DNA from: an uncultured Actinomycetes bacterium
Lineage (GTDB): Bacteria > Actinomycetota > UBA4738 > HRBIN12
DNA length: 64,000 nucleotides
Assembly (NCBI GenBank): GCA_963704725.1
Contig: OY969934.1
Location: 1,600,001-1,664,000, forward strand
Direction of reading: 5' to 3'
The notes under the pieces were generated by a model. It made no database searches and had not been told where the DNA came from. It was given only the letters and a program-made list of their open reading frames with translations. Of the stretch, positions 1-10,231 are shown piece after piece; the stretch's first letter is position 1; each line of letters begins with the position of its first letter. Made by a program: the position numbers and the translations under genes.

Positions 1-1
1 C

Positions 2-659
<658 letters not shown>

Positions 660-667
<8 letters not shown>

Positions 668-1103
668 CGCCGACCATACCCCGCGCATCCTCGTGGACGA
701 CCGGCAGAGCTCGGCGCTCGACGTAGAGGGACTGGTGGCGCTCGCCCGCGAGGTCCTGATCGGCGAGGGTGCGTCGAACGCGGAGCTCTCTGTGTCCTTC
801 GTGGCCGAGGACGAGATCGCCGACCTGCACGAGCGCTACATGGGCGAGCCCGGGCCGACCGACGTGCTCTCGTTCCCGCTCGACGAGGACGACACGGACG
901 AGGACGGCGTCCGGATCCTCGGCGACGTCGTGATCGCCCCGGCCGTCGCTGCGCGCGACAACCCGGACGACCCGGCGGCCGAGCTGCGGCTCCTGATCGC
1001 CCACGGGATCCTCCATCTGCTCGGCCATGACCACGCGGAGGGCACCGCGAAGGCCGAGATGTGGGCCCGGCAGGAGCGCTACACGGGGGTGCGGGTGCCG
1101 TGA
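660..1103 (+). CDS. ybeY: rRNA maturation endoribonuclease YbeY
   Basis: PTDVLSF and [11 protein letters not shown] zinc motif; follows phoH. Confidence 0.95.
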
Positions 1104-2389
1104 AGGCGACCGACTGGTTCGAGATCGGCGTCGTCGCCGTGCTGATCCTGGTGGTCGGCCTGCTGGGCGCCGCCGAGGTGGCCATCACCCGGACGAACCG
1201 CGTGCGCGCGTATCGGTTCCAGGAGGAGAAGCTGCGCGGATCGATCTCGCTGGTCAAGATCACGGACAGCCCGGCGGCGTATCTGAACGTCGTCCTCTTG
1301 CTGGTCCTCCTCTCGCAGATTGGCGGCACGACGATCGCCACCTCGCTCGCGGTCCGGGCGTTCGGCGGAGCGGGCGAGATCGTCGCTACCGTGACCCTGA
1401 CGATTCTGCTGTTTGTGTTCGCCGAGGTCACGCCGAAGACGTTCGCGATCCAGCAGACCGACCGCGTCGCGCTGTTCCTGGCGCCGCTGATCGTCGGTCT
1501 CGGCCGGCTGTTCGGGCCGGTCGCGAAGGCGCTGGTCAAGATCGCGAACCTGGTGATGCCGGGTAAGGGCCTGCCCGAGGGCCCTTTCATCACGGAGCAC
1601 GAGCTCAAGGCGCTCGCCGAGGTCGCGTCCGACGAGTCGCAGATCGAGGAGGAGGAGAAGGAGCTGATCCACTCGATCTTCGAGTTCGGCGACACGATCG
1701 TGCGTGAGGTCATGGTGCCGAGGCCGGACGTCGTCGCGATCGAATCGGACAAGTCGCTGCGCGACGTCGAGGAGATCGTGCTCGAGCACGGCTACTCCCG
1801 GATCCCGGTGTTCACCGACGACCTCGACGACGTGCTCGGCATCGTCTACGCCAAGGACGTGCTGAAGGCCATCTTCCAGGGCAAGGCGGACGCGCCGCTC
1901 CGCGACGTGGTGCGCGATGCCCATTTCGTGCCGGAGTCGAAGAAGGTCGCCGACCTCCTGCGCGAGATGCAGCAGGAGAAGTTCCACATCTCGATGGTGA
2001 CCGACGAGTACGGGAGCACCTCGGGGCTGGTCACGCTGGAGGACCTGCTCGAGGAGCTCGTCGGCGAGATCACCGACGAGTACGACACGGAGCAGCCGGA
2101 GCTCGAGGAGGTCGCCGAGGGGGTCTACCGCGTCGACGGCAAGATGGGGATCGGCGAGGTCAACGAGATCCTCGACGTCGAGCTGCCGGACGAGGAGTGG
2201 GACACGGTTGGCGGGCTCATGCTCGACCTGATGGGATCGATCCCCGGCGAGGGGGAGGAGGTCGCCTTCAAGAACCTGTCCTTCACGGCGGAGAAGGTGA
2301 ACGGGCGGCGCATCGTCAGGATCCTCATCCGCCGCCGCGAGGAAGAGGACGCCGAGGAGCCGACCGACACCGGCGCGAACACGCCGTGA
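1100..2389 (+). CDS. HlyC/CorC (CNNM + CBS pair + CorC) hemolysin-family transporter
   Basis: GTG overlaps ybeY stop; N-terminal TM segments, EVTPKT, VREVMVPRPD, YSRIPV, DEYG…GLVTLEDLLEELVGEI. Confidence 0.92.
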   Translation: MKATDWFEIGVVAVLILVVGLLGAAEVAITRTNRVRAYRFQEEKLRGSISLVKITDSPAAYLNVVLLLVLLSQIGGTTIATSLAVRAFGGAGEIVATVTLTILLFVFAEVTPKTFAIQQTDRVALFLAPLIVGLGRLFGPVAKALVKIANLVMPGKGLPEGPFITEHELKALAEVASDESQIEEEEKELIHSIFEFGDTIVREVMVPRPDVVAIESDKSLRDVEEIVLEHGYSRIPVFTDDLDDVLGIVYAKDVLKAIFQGKADAPLRDVVRDAHFVPESKKVADLLREMQQEKFHISMVTDEYGSTSGLVTLEDLLEELVGEITDEYDTEQPELEEVAEGVYRVDGKMGIGEVNEILDVELPDEEWDTVGGLMLDLMGSIPGEGEEVAFKNLSFTAEKVNGRRIVRILIRRREEEDAEEPTDTGANTP

Positions 2390-2793
2390 CGGTGTCCCCG
2401 GAGACCGTCGAGGAGCTCGTCGCCGCCGCGCAGAGGGCGAGGGAGCGCTCGTACGCTCCCTACTCGCGGTTCCGCGTCGGCGCGGCCGTGCTCGCCGGCG
2501 GCGAGGTCTTCCTCGGCGCGAACATCGAGAACGCCTCGTACCCGCTCTCGGTCTGCGCCGAGCGCAACGCGGTCGCGGCGGCCGTCATGGGCGGGAAGAC
2601 CGCGATCGAGGCCGTGGCGGTGGTGGCCGACGCCGAGGACCCTACCCCGCCGTGTGGAGGGTGCCGGCAGGTGCTGAACGAGTTCGGGCCCCAGATGCTC
2701 GTCGTCTGCCAGGGCGAGAGCGGGCGTCGGTCGGAGTGGACGCTGTCGGAGATCCTGCCGCACGGGTTCGGGCCCGCCAACCTGCCGGCGTGA
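2386..2793 (+). CDS. cdd: cytidine deaminase
   Basis: YAPYSRFRVGAA, NIENASY, CAER, PCGGCRQ; GTGA overlap with upstream stop. Confidence 0.95.
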   Translation: MTVSPETVEELVAAAQRARERSYAPYSRFRVGAAVLAGGEVFLGANIENASYPLSVCAERNAVAAAVMGGKTAIEAVAVVADAEDPTPPCGGCRQVLNEFGPQMLVVCQGESGRRSEWTLSEILPHGFGPANLPA

Positions 2794-3671
2794 GCTTCCG
2801 GAGCGGCTTCGTCGCCGTCGTCGGCCGCCCCAACGTCGGCAAGTCCACCCTCGTCAACGCGCTGGTCCGCCGGAAGGTGGCGATCGTCTCCGACAAGCCG
2901 CAGACCACCCGCCGCGACATCCGGGCGGTCCTGACCACCGACGAGTACCAGATCGTGTTCACCGACACCCCCGGGTTCCACAAGCCGCGCACCCTCCTCG
3001 GGACCCGGCTGAACGACCTCGTCGGGGAGGCCACGCATGGCGTCGACGCCGTCGTCCTAGTGGTCGACGCCGCCGACGGCGTCGGCCGGGGCGACGCGTT
3101 CGTGTACGAGCGGCAGGCGCGGTCGTTCGCGGGGACGCGGATCTGCGCCGTCAACAAGCTCGACGTGATCCGGGGCCGCGAGGAGGTCCCGCAGCTCCAG
3201 GCCGCCGCGGACCTGGGGGAGTGGGACGAGGTGGTCCCGGTCGCGGCCAAGACCGGGCGCGGGGTCGACCTGCTCCGGGACCTCCTGGTCCGGCGGCTGC
3301 CCGAGGGGCCGGCCTACTACGCGGCCGACGAGGACGCGGACCAGCCGCTCGAGGTCCGGCTCTCGGAGATCGTCCGCGAGAAGGCGCTCGCGGTGACCCG
3401 GCAGGAGGTCCCGCACTCGATCGCGGTCGTGGTCGAGGAGGTCGAGCGGGAGGACGCGCTGACCACCGTGCGCGCGTTCCTCATCGTCGAGCGCGACTCC
3501 CAGAAGGGCATCGTGATCGGCAAGGGCGGCTCCACGCTGAAGACGATCGGCTCGCGGGCCCGGGCGGAGATGGAGCTCGTCCTGGGCGAGAAGGTCTTCC
3601 TCGACCTCCGGGTCAAGGTGCTGAAGGAGTGGCAACGCGACCCGAAGGCGCTCCAGCGCTTGGGGTTCTGA
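2790..3671 (+). CDS. era: GTPase Era
   Basis: GRPNVGKST, PQTTR, DTPG, NKLD and KH-domain GIVIGKGG. Confidence 0.97.
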   Translation: MSFRSGFVAVVGRPNVGKSTLVNALVRRKVAIVSDKPQTTRRDIRAVLTTDEYQIVFTDTPGFHKPRTLLGTRLNDLVGEATHGVDAVVLVVDAADGVGRGDAFVYERQARSFAGTRICAVNKLDVIRGREEVPQLQAAADLGEWDEVVPVAAKTGRGVDLLRDLLVRRLPEGPAYYAADEDADQPLEVRLSEIVREKALAVTRQEVPHSIAVVVEEVEREDALTTVRAFLIVERDSQKGIVIGKGGSTLKTIGSRARAEMELVLGEKVFLDLRVKVLKEWQRDPKALQRLGF

Positions 3672-3673
3672 CG

Positions 3674-4057
3674 CTAGGGCGTGATCGTGATCTCGCCGGT
3701 CATGTTCGGCAGGTGGTACCTGCAGATCAGTTCATAGGTGCCTGGCTGCAGCCGGCCGGCCGGAGGATCCAGCCGCAGGGTCTCGCCGGCTTCGACATCG
3801 ATGTCGATCGGTGTTCCCTCGATCGTGAAGCTGTGGACCGTGCCGTCCTCGTTGACCAGGGTGAGACTCTGCGACGCGCTGGCTGTGAAACAGGACGGCT
3901 GGAACTCCAGGCCCGACATCCGGACGGTGAACGAGTCTCCCCGGGTGCTGAGATCCACGCAGTCCGAGGTGGCGGAGCCGCCGTCCCCCGAGTTGCTCCC
4001 GCACGCGGTGGATGAAAGGAGGAGCGCGGCGACCACGACGAGGGCGAGCTTGCGCAT
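3674..4057 (-). CDS. cupredoxin-domain lipoprotein
   Basis: lipobox STAC; HSFT…CRYHLPNM type-1 copper-like ligand set; GGAGG RBS upstream. Confidence 0.75.
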   Translation of the reverse strand: MRKLALVVVAALLLSSTACGSNSGDGGSATSDCVDLSTRGDSFTVRMSGLEFQPSCFTASASQSLTLVNEDGTVHSFTIEGTPIDIDVEAGETLRLDPPAGRLQPGTYELICRYHLPNMTGEITITP

Positions 4058-4145
4058 GCTGTGGTGCCTCCTAGGGGTTGCGGGCGGGAACAGGATAGCC
4101 AGGGGTGCCCGAGGAGCCCCTCGGTCGGGCTACCATGACGTTCCT

Positions 4146-5105
4146 ATGTCCCAGGCAGCCGAGATCGACCGCAGCCACCCCGACCTCGTTCGGTATGCCC
4201 CCAAGGACGCCGCGCGCCTCGTCCATCGGGTCACGCCGGTGGACGCCGTGGGCCTGGAGGACCGGGCCGGCGGGCTCGCGAAGCGCTCCATCAAGAAGGC
4301 CTCGAAGCTCTGGGCGCTCGACCTGGCGATCCGGTGCATGGACCTCACCACGCTCGAGGGCGTCGACACGCCCGGGAAGATCCTGGCGATGTGCGGCAAG
4401 GCGGTCCGGCCCGACCCGCTCGACCCGACGATCCCGCCCGTGGCGGCCGTGTGCCTCTACCCGCAGCTCGTGCCGATCGCCGCGAAGGAGCTGCGCGGGA
4501 CCGGCGTCCGAGTCGCGAGCGTCGCGGGGTCGTTCCCCGGCGGGCTCGGCCCGATCGACTCCCGCCTCGCCGAGATCCGGACGGCCATCGAGCAGGGCGC
4601 GGACGAGGTCGACATCGTGCTGAACCGCTCCCAGTTCCTGGCCGGCCGCTACGCCCAGGCGTTCGAGGAGCTCGCCGCGGCGCGCGAGGCCGCGGGCAGC
4701 ACGCACCTGAAGGTGATCCTCGAGGCGGGCGAGCTCGGCTCGTACGACCGGGTGCGGCAGGCCAGCGTCCTGGCGATGGCCGCGGGCGCGGACTTCATCA
4801 AGACCTCGACCGGCAAGATCGGGACGGGCGCCACGCTGCCGAACGCGCTGTGCATGATGGAGGCCGCCCGCGACTTCTTCGCCGAGACCGGCCATCGCGT
4901 GGGCGTCAAGGTCGCCGGAGGCGTCCGCGCCTCCAAGCAGGCGATCCAGTACCTCGTCCTGGTCTACGAGACGCTCGGCGCCGAGTGGATGACGCCCGAG
5001 CTCTTCCGGATCGGCGCGTCGTCGCTGCTGAACGACGTGCTGATGCAGATCAACAAGGAGCGGACCGGCCGCTACCAGGGACCGGACTACTTCACGATCG
5101 ACTGA
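4146..5105 (+). CDS. deoC: deoxyribose-phosphate aldolase
   Basis: DLTTLEG, GADEVDIV, LKVILE, DFIKTSTGK, GVKVAGG, RIGASSLL. Confidence 0.95.
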   Translation: MSQAAEIDRSHPDLVRYAPKDAARLVHRVTPVDAVGLEDRAGGLAKRSIKKASKLWALDLAIRCMDLTTLEGVDTPGKILAMCGKAVRPDPLDPTIPPVAAVCLYPQLVPIAAKELRGTGVRVASVAGSFPGGLGPIDSRLAEIRTAIEQGADEVDIVLNRSQFLAGRYAQAFEELAAAREAAGSTHLKVILEAGELGSYDRVRQASVLAMAAGADFIKTSTGKIGTGATLPNALCMMEAARDFFAETGHRVGVKVAGGVRASKQAIQYLVLVYETLGAEWMTPELFRIGASSLLNDVLMQINKERTGRYQGPDYFTID

Positions 5106-5112
5106 GGATGCG

Positions 5113-6609
5113 ATGAGCGAGATCGAGCGCACGACGACGCAGCTGCCCGAGAAGGCCGTGCCGTGGGAGTACGCGCCCGCGCCCGAGAGCAGGGAGATCG
5201 TCCGGCTGCGAGATCGGTACGACCTGTTCGTGGACGGCCGGTCGATCGAGCCGAAGACCGGGAAGTACTTCGAGACGATCGATCCCGCGCACGAGGAGCC
5301 GCTCGCCGAGGTCGCCGAGGCCGGCGAGGAGGACGTCGACCTGGCCGCGAGAGCCGCCCGTGAGGCGTGGGAGACCCGGTGGCGCGACCTCCCGGGCAAG
5401 GAGCGGGCGAAGTACCTCTATCGGATCGCGCGCGCGCTCCAGGAGCGCTCGCGGGAGTTCGCGGTACTCGAGACCATGAACAACGGCAAGCCGATCAAGG
5501 AGTCCCGCGACGTCGACGTGCCGCTGGCCGCCGCGCACTTCTTCTACTACGCGGGATGGGCGGACAAGCTCGAGTACGCGTTCCCCGGGCGGTCGCCGCG
5601 GCCGCTCGGCGTCGCGGCGCAGATCACGCCGTGGAACTTCCCCCTGCTGATGTGCGCGTGGAAGCTCGCGCCGGCGCTCGCCACCGGGAACACGGCGATC
5701 CTGAAGCCGGCGTCGACCACACCGCTCACCGCGCTCCTGCTCGCCGAGGTGATGGAGCAGGCGGACCTGCCGCCCGGCGTGGTGAACGTGATCACCGGCC
5801 CCGGCGGCCGGACCGGAGGCTGGCTCGCCGCGCATCCGGACATCGCCAAGATCGCGTTCACGGGCTCCACCGAGATCGGCAAGGTCCTGCGGCGCAACGT
5901 CGCCGGGACGGGCAAGCACCTCACGCTCGAGCTCGGGGGCAAGGCGGCGAACATCATCTTCGAGGACGCCCCGATCGACCAGGCGGTCGAGGGCATCGTG
6001 AACGGCATCTTCTTCAACCAGGGCGAGGTCTGCTGCGCCGGCTCCCGCCTGTTCGTCCAGGAGTCGGTGTCCGAGCTCGTCGTGGAGAAGCTGAAGTCGC
6101 GCCTTTCCACCCTGCGTGTCGGCGACCCGCTCGACAAGAACACCGACGTGGGCGCGATCAACAACCGGGCCCAGCTCGAGAAGATCCAGGAGCTGGTCCA
6201 GAGCGGCCTCGACGAGGGCGCCGAGATCTTCCAGCCCGACTGCGTCCTGCCCGAGCGCGGGTTCTGGTTCCGGCCGACGCTGTTCACGAACGTCTCGCAG
6301 TCGCACCGCATCGCACGCGAGGAGATCTTCGGTCCGGTGCTGTCGATCCTGACCTTCCGCACGCCGGACGAGGCCGTCGAGAAGGCGAACAACACCGAGT
6401 ACGGCCTGTCGGCCGGGATCTGGACCGACAAGGGGTCGCGGATCCTGTGGATGGCCCAGCGCATGAAGGCCGGGGTCGTGTGGGCGAACACGTTCAACCG
6501 CTTCGACCCGTCGTCGCCGTTCGGCGGCTACAAGGAGAGCGGCTTCGGGCGCGAGGGTGGCCGGCACGGGCTCGAGCCCTACCTCGACCTGGACGGGGAC
6601 GCGGCATGA
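5113..6609 (+). CDS. aldehyde dehydrogenase (full length)
   Basis: PWNFP, FTGST, LELGGK, catalytic FNQGEVCCAG, EEIFGP, PFGGYKESG. Confidence 0.95.
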   Translation: MSEIERTTTQLPEKAVPWEYAPAPESREIVRLRDRYDLFVDGRSIEPKTGKYFETIDPAHEEPLAEVAEAGEEDVDLAARAAREAWETRWRDLPGKERAKYLYRIARALQERSREFAVLETMNNGKPIKESRDVDVPLAAAHFFYYAGWADKLEYAFPGRSPRPLGVAAQITPWNFPLLMCAWKLAPALATGNTAILKPASTTPLTALLLAEVMEQADLPPGVVNVITGPGGRTGGWLAAHPDIAKIAFTGSTEIGKVLRRNVAGTGKHLTLELGGKAANIIFEDAPIDQAVEGIVNGIFFNQGEVCCAGSRLFVQESVSELVVEKLKSRLSTLRVGDPLDKNTDVGAINNRAQLEKIQELVQSGLDEGAEIFQPDCVLPERGFWFRPTLFTNVSQSHRIAREEIFGPVLSILTFRTPDEAVEKANNTEYGLSAGIWTDKGSRILWMAQRMKAGVVWANTFNRFDPSSPFGGYKESGFGREGGRHGLEPYLDLDGDAA

Positions 6610-7466
6610 GCGACACTCGGGTCCCCGTCCGACGCACGGCGAAGCTGTACATCGGCGGTGAGTTCCCGCGCAGCGAGTCGGGGCGGGCGTACGAGGTGTT
6701 CTCGCACGACGGCCGGCTGCTGGCCTGGGCGGCGCGAGCCTCCCGCAAGGACCTGCGCGACGCGGTGCGGGCCGCCCGATCCGCCCAACCCGCCTGGGGA
6801 GGCAAGACGGCCTCCAACCGCGGGCAGATCCTGTACCGGGTGGCCGAGCTCATGGAGGGGCGCCGAGTGCAGTTCGAGGCGGAGCTGGCCGACGCCGGCG
6901 CGACGGACCCCCGTCGCGGCGTCGACGCCGCGATCGACCGGTGGGTCTGGTACGCGGGATGGGCCGACAAGATCGGCCAGGTGCTCGGCGGCACCAACCC
7001 CGTCGCCGGTCCCTACTTCAACTTCACGATCCCCGAGCCCACCGGCGTCGTCGGGATCGTGGCGCCTCCGGACCAGGCCCTGCTCGGCCTCGTCTCGCGA
7101 CTGGCCCCTGCCATCGTGAGCGGGAACACGGTGGTCGTGCTCGCCAGCGAGAAGACCCCGCTCCCGGCGGTCTCGCTCGGGGAGGTCCTGGCCACCTCGG
7201 ACGTCCCGGGCGGCGTCGTGAACGTCCTGACCGGCCTCACCACCGAGCTGGTGCCGTGGCTCGCCGGGCACATGGACGTGAACGCGATCGACGTGACCGG
7301 CGTGCCCGAGGACCTCGCTGTTGAGGTGGAGAACCTCGCCACCGAGAACATGAAGCGGGTGGCCCGAGCGCGCGCCGTCGACCCGTTCAGCGCTGAAGCG
7401 CAGAGCCCCTACGACATCACGGCGCTCATGGAGTTCAAGACCGTCTGGCATCCGATCGGCGCCTGA
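6606..7466 (+). CDS. short aldehyde dehydrogenase-family protein (NAD-binding domain only)
   Basis: ATGA overlap; ALDH N-terminal motifs (WYAGWADK, EPTGVVG, GGVVNVLTG) but no LELGGK or catalytic Cys domain. Confidence 0.85.
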   Translation: MSDTRVPVRRTAKLYIGGEFPRSESGRAYEVFSHDGRLLAWAARASRKDLRDAVRAARSAQPAWGGKTASNRGQILYRVAELMEGRRVQFEAELADAGATDPRRGVDAAIDRWVWYAGWADKIGQVLGGTNPVAGPYFNFTIPEPTGVVGIVAPPDQALLGLVSRLAPAIVSGNTVVVLASEKTPLPAVSLGEVLATSDVPGGVVNVLTGLTTELVPWLAGHMDVNAIDVTGVPEDLAVEVENLATENMKRVARARAVDPFSAEAQSPYDITALMEFKTVWHPIGA

Positions 7467-7473
7467 AGGCGAC

Positions 7474-7977
7474 TCAGGCGCATCCGGGCCGGACGACGGG
7501 TCCCGGGAGTCTGACCAGCTCGATCTCCAACCCTCTCGCGCTCCGGTAGACGGCGGTGTCGAAGGCGATGAGCGCGATCGCGCCCTCGTCCTCGTTGAAG
7601 AAGGCATCGGGCGGCTCGCCGTCTCCCGGATCGATGGGGCGCCAGAAGCTCCCGTCGAAGTCGGTGAGGAAGCTCAGGCCGCAGTGCCCGGTGTTGAACT
7701 GGTAGGCCTGGCTGGGGGTCACGCGTCCCGATCGCGGCCAATACCGGTCGCCCCGCTCGTTGCTGACGAACTCCGTGCGGGACTCCGCCCGAGTGGGCGG
7801 GGGGAGACCATCGGGATGGGACCAGTCGATCGCGGCGGCCAACGGGCCCACCTCCTGCCGCCGGGGCTCGCCGCCGCCCGTGAGCCAGATCCCGGCGCCC
7901 ACCCCGAGGGCGACGGCGACGAGGAGGACGGCCACCGCGCGCTCGACGGCCATCCGACGCTCCGCGCTCACGCCCAC
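7474..7977 (-). CDS. hypothetical membrane-anchored protein
   Basis: single N-terminal hydrophobic helix, GHCG motif, C-terminal Cys; start uncertain. Confidence 0.55.
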   Translation of the reverse strand: MGVSAERRMAVERAVAVLLVAVALGVGAGIWLTGGGEPRRQEVGPLAAAIDWSHPDGLPPPTRAESRTEFVSNERGDRYWPRSGRVTPSQAYQFNTGHCGLSFLTDFDGSFWRPIDPGDGEPPDAFFNEDEGAIALIAFDTAVYRSARGLEIELVRLPGPVVRPGCA

Positions 7978-8082
7978 GGGCACATGATGCCGCGGCCCGC
8001 CCCGGGTCGTCCTGCGCCGATGTCACGACTTCGCAACGTCGCTTCACGGGGCCGCGACGGGTCGGAGGCTACGATTCCGGCG

Positions 8083-8823
8083 ATGCCCCTCTACAAGGAA
8101 CAGGGCGTCGTCCTGCGCTCGAGCAAGCTGGGCGAGGCCGACAAGATCGTCACGGTGATGACCCAGGGCTCGGGCAAGGTCCGCGCCGTGGCCAAGGGGA
8201 TCCGCAAGACCCACTCGAGGTTCGGAGCCCGCCTGGAGCCATTCACGCACGTGTCCCTCATGGTGTACCGGGGTAGGGGCTCCCTCGACACCGTGAGCCA
8301 GGCCGAGATCCTGGCGCCCTTCCCGGCGCTGCGGCGGGATCTGGGGCTTTTCGCGGCCGGGGAGACGATGCTCGAGGCGGTCGACAAGGTGGCGGAGGAG
8401 CACGAGCGCAACGTGCGCCTGTTCATGCTGCTGCTCACCGGGCTTCGGGCGCTGGACGCCGGTCCGGCCGACGGCGCCGCGGTGGCCGAGTCGTTCCTGC
8501 TCAAGCTGCTGTCGCTCTCCGGCTTCCACCCCAACCTGCTGAACTGCGCGGTGTGCGGCCGACCCGACCCCGAGCGGTTCGCGAGCAGCCAAGGGGGGGC
8601 CGTGTGCCAGGACGACGCCGAGTTCGACGCCGGATGGGCTTCTGCGGAGGCCCTGGGGCACCTCGCCGCGCTCGGGAGCACAGGGCTGCTCGAGTCGGGG
8701 CAGATCTCGACCGATACGACGGTGAGGCGCGAATCGCGCGCCCTGCTGTTCGGATTCGCCGAGTACCACCTGGAGCGACGCATGAAGAGCCTGCCCATCC
8801 TGGCCCGGAGCCTGGTTCCGTGA
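8083..8823 (+). CDS. recO: DNA repair protein RecO
   Basis: GEADKIV, GKVRAVAKG, SRFGARLEPF, CAVCG…C zinc site; synteny. Confidence 0.95.
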   Translation: MPLYKEQGVVLRSSKLGEADKIVTVMTQGSGKVRAVAKGIRKTHSRFGARLEPFTHVSLMVYRGRGSLDTVSQAEILAPFPALRRDLGLFAAGETMLEAVDKVAEEHERNVRLFMLLLTGLRALDAGPADGAAVAESFLLKLLSLSGFHPNLLNCAVCGRPDPERFASSQGGAVCQDDAEFDAGWASAEALGHLAALGSTGLLESGQISTDTTVRRESRALLFGFAEYHLERRMKSLPILARSLVP

Positions 8824-9569
8824 GCTCCTACCTCGACGACCTCGACCGCGAGCGTCTGCCCCAGCACGTCGGCATCGTCATGGACGGCAACGGCCGGTGG
8901 GCCAAGCTCCGCGGCCTGGCCCGGACGGAGGGACACGCCGCCGGGGAGGAGGCCATGTGGGACACGGTGGTCGGCGCGAACGACCTCGGCCTGGGGTGGC
9001 TCACGGTCTACGCCTTCTCCACCGAGAACTGGAACCGCCCCAAGGCCGAGGTCGCCTACCTCATGGGGTTCAACCGGCGGCTCCTCCGCCGCCGTCGCGA
9101 CGAGCTCAACCGGATGAACGTCCGCGTGCGCTGGATGGGCCGGCGAGACTGGCGAGTCCCTCGCCCGGTCCTCAAGGACATGCGCGAGGCCGAGGAGCTG
9201 ACGCGGGGCAACACCGGTATGACCCTGACGATCGCGTTCAACTACGGGGGCAGGGTCGAGATCGCCGACGCCGTCAAGCGGCTCCTCGAGGACCACGACG
9301 CCGGCCGCCTGAAGGGCGAGAAGATCACGCCCGAGTCGGTCTCGCGCCGCATGTATCACCCGGACATGCCGGATCCGGACCTCATCATCCGCACCAGCGG
9401 CGAAGAGCGGATCAGCAACTTCCTGCTCTGGCAGGCCGCGTACAGCGAGTTCTACTTCACCCCGGTGTACTGGCCCGACTTCGACCGCGAGCATCTGTAC
9501 GAGGCGATCCGGGACTTTCAGAAGCGCTCCCGGCGCTTCGGGGCCGTCGCCGAGAACGACTCGGACTAA
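8820..9569 (+). CDS. uppS: polyprenyl (undecaprenyl) diphosphate synthase
   Basis: HVGIVMDGNGRWA, YAFSTENW, NYGGR, IRTSGEERISNFLLWQ. Confidence 0.95.
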   Translation: MSSYLDDLDRERLPQHVGIVMDGNGRWAKLRGLARTEGHAAGEEAMWDTVVGANDLGLGWLTVYAFSTENWNRPKAEVAYLMGFNRRLLRRRRDELNRMNVRVRWMGRRDWRVPRPVLKDMREAEELTRGNTGMTLTIAFNYGGRVEIADAVKRLLEDHDAGRLKGEKITPESVSRRMYHPDMPDPDLIIRTSGEERISNFLLWQAAYSEFYFTPVYWPDFDREHLYEAIRDFQKRSRRFGAVAENDSD

Positions 9570-10135
9570 TCCCGAGTCAGCCAGCGGAGCGCCAGCGCGA
9601 GCGTCGCCAGACTGGCCCCGATCCCGAGGTAGGCGTGGCCGCGATCTCCGGAGACCGCCCAGGAGATCCCGACACCAAGCCCGAGCAGCCCGAGGATCGC
9701 CCACACCACGATGGTCGAGCGCGGCACGGGAAGCCGGACCGCCTCCGGCGTCGGAACGGAGTGGGCACCGGCGGCGGCGGGCTGCCGGATCGTCGGCGTC
9801 TCGACGTCGTCCCGCTTCCACGTGCTCCGGAGGATCAGGATCGCGAACACGAGGTACATGGGCCAGCCGATGACGATGGCCACCGGGTTCAGCGTCCACG
9901 GCCCGAGCAGGAGCACGAGCACGGTGATGGTGATCCGCCCGACGGGGCCGAACGTGGTCACGCCGGCCCGCCAACGGGAGCGCGGCGCCTCCTCCTTCGG
10001 CGTCAGGAAGTGGATCGTGGGGAGCTGGGGCTCGCGCGGGGTGAGATGGCGGACCGGCTCGTAGCAGCGCAGGCACCATCCAACGTTCGGGGCCAGCTCG
10101 GTTCCGCACGCACGACACGTTCGAGATGCGGTCAT
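9566..10135 (-). CDS. zinc-ribbon-containing membrane protein (hypothetical)
   Basis: N-terminal CRAC…CLRC followed by four hydrophobic segments; fills the uppS-glyQS gap exactly. Confidence 0.6.
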   Translation of the reverse strand: MTASRTCRACGTELAPNVGWCLRCYEPVRHLTPREPQLPTIHFLTPKEEAPRSRWRAGVTTFGPVGRITITVLVLLLGPWTLNPVAIVIGWPMYLVFAILILRSTWKRDDVETPTIRQPAAAGAHSVPTPEAVRLPVPRSTIVVWAILGLLGLGVGISWAVSGDRGHAYLGIGASLATLALALRWLTRD

Positions 10136-10231
10136 CTCTCCACAGGCATCGGCGGCCGCCGGGGCGACCTTCACCCGTAGACTGGGGGCCACGCCAGCGG
10201 TCGCGGCCAGCGGCCGGGAGAGGAGGAAACC

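Noticed and set aside
5367-6605. N-terminal extensions in the ORF track (also 3738, 13211, 15474, 44831, 49230)
   Set aside because: They overlap upstream genes in another frame; real starts lie at stop/start overlaps or after an RBS or -10 hexamer
10136-10231. T-box leader before glyQS
   Set aside because: Only about 50 nt separate the TAGACT hexamer from the start, and no T-box consensus is present
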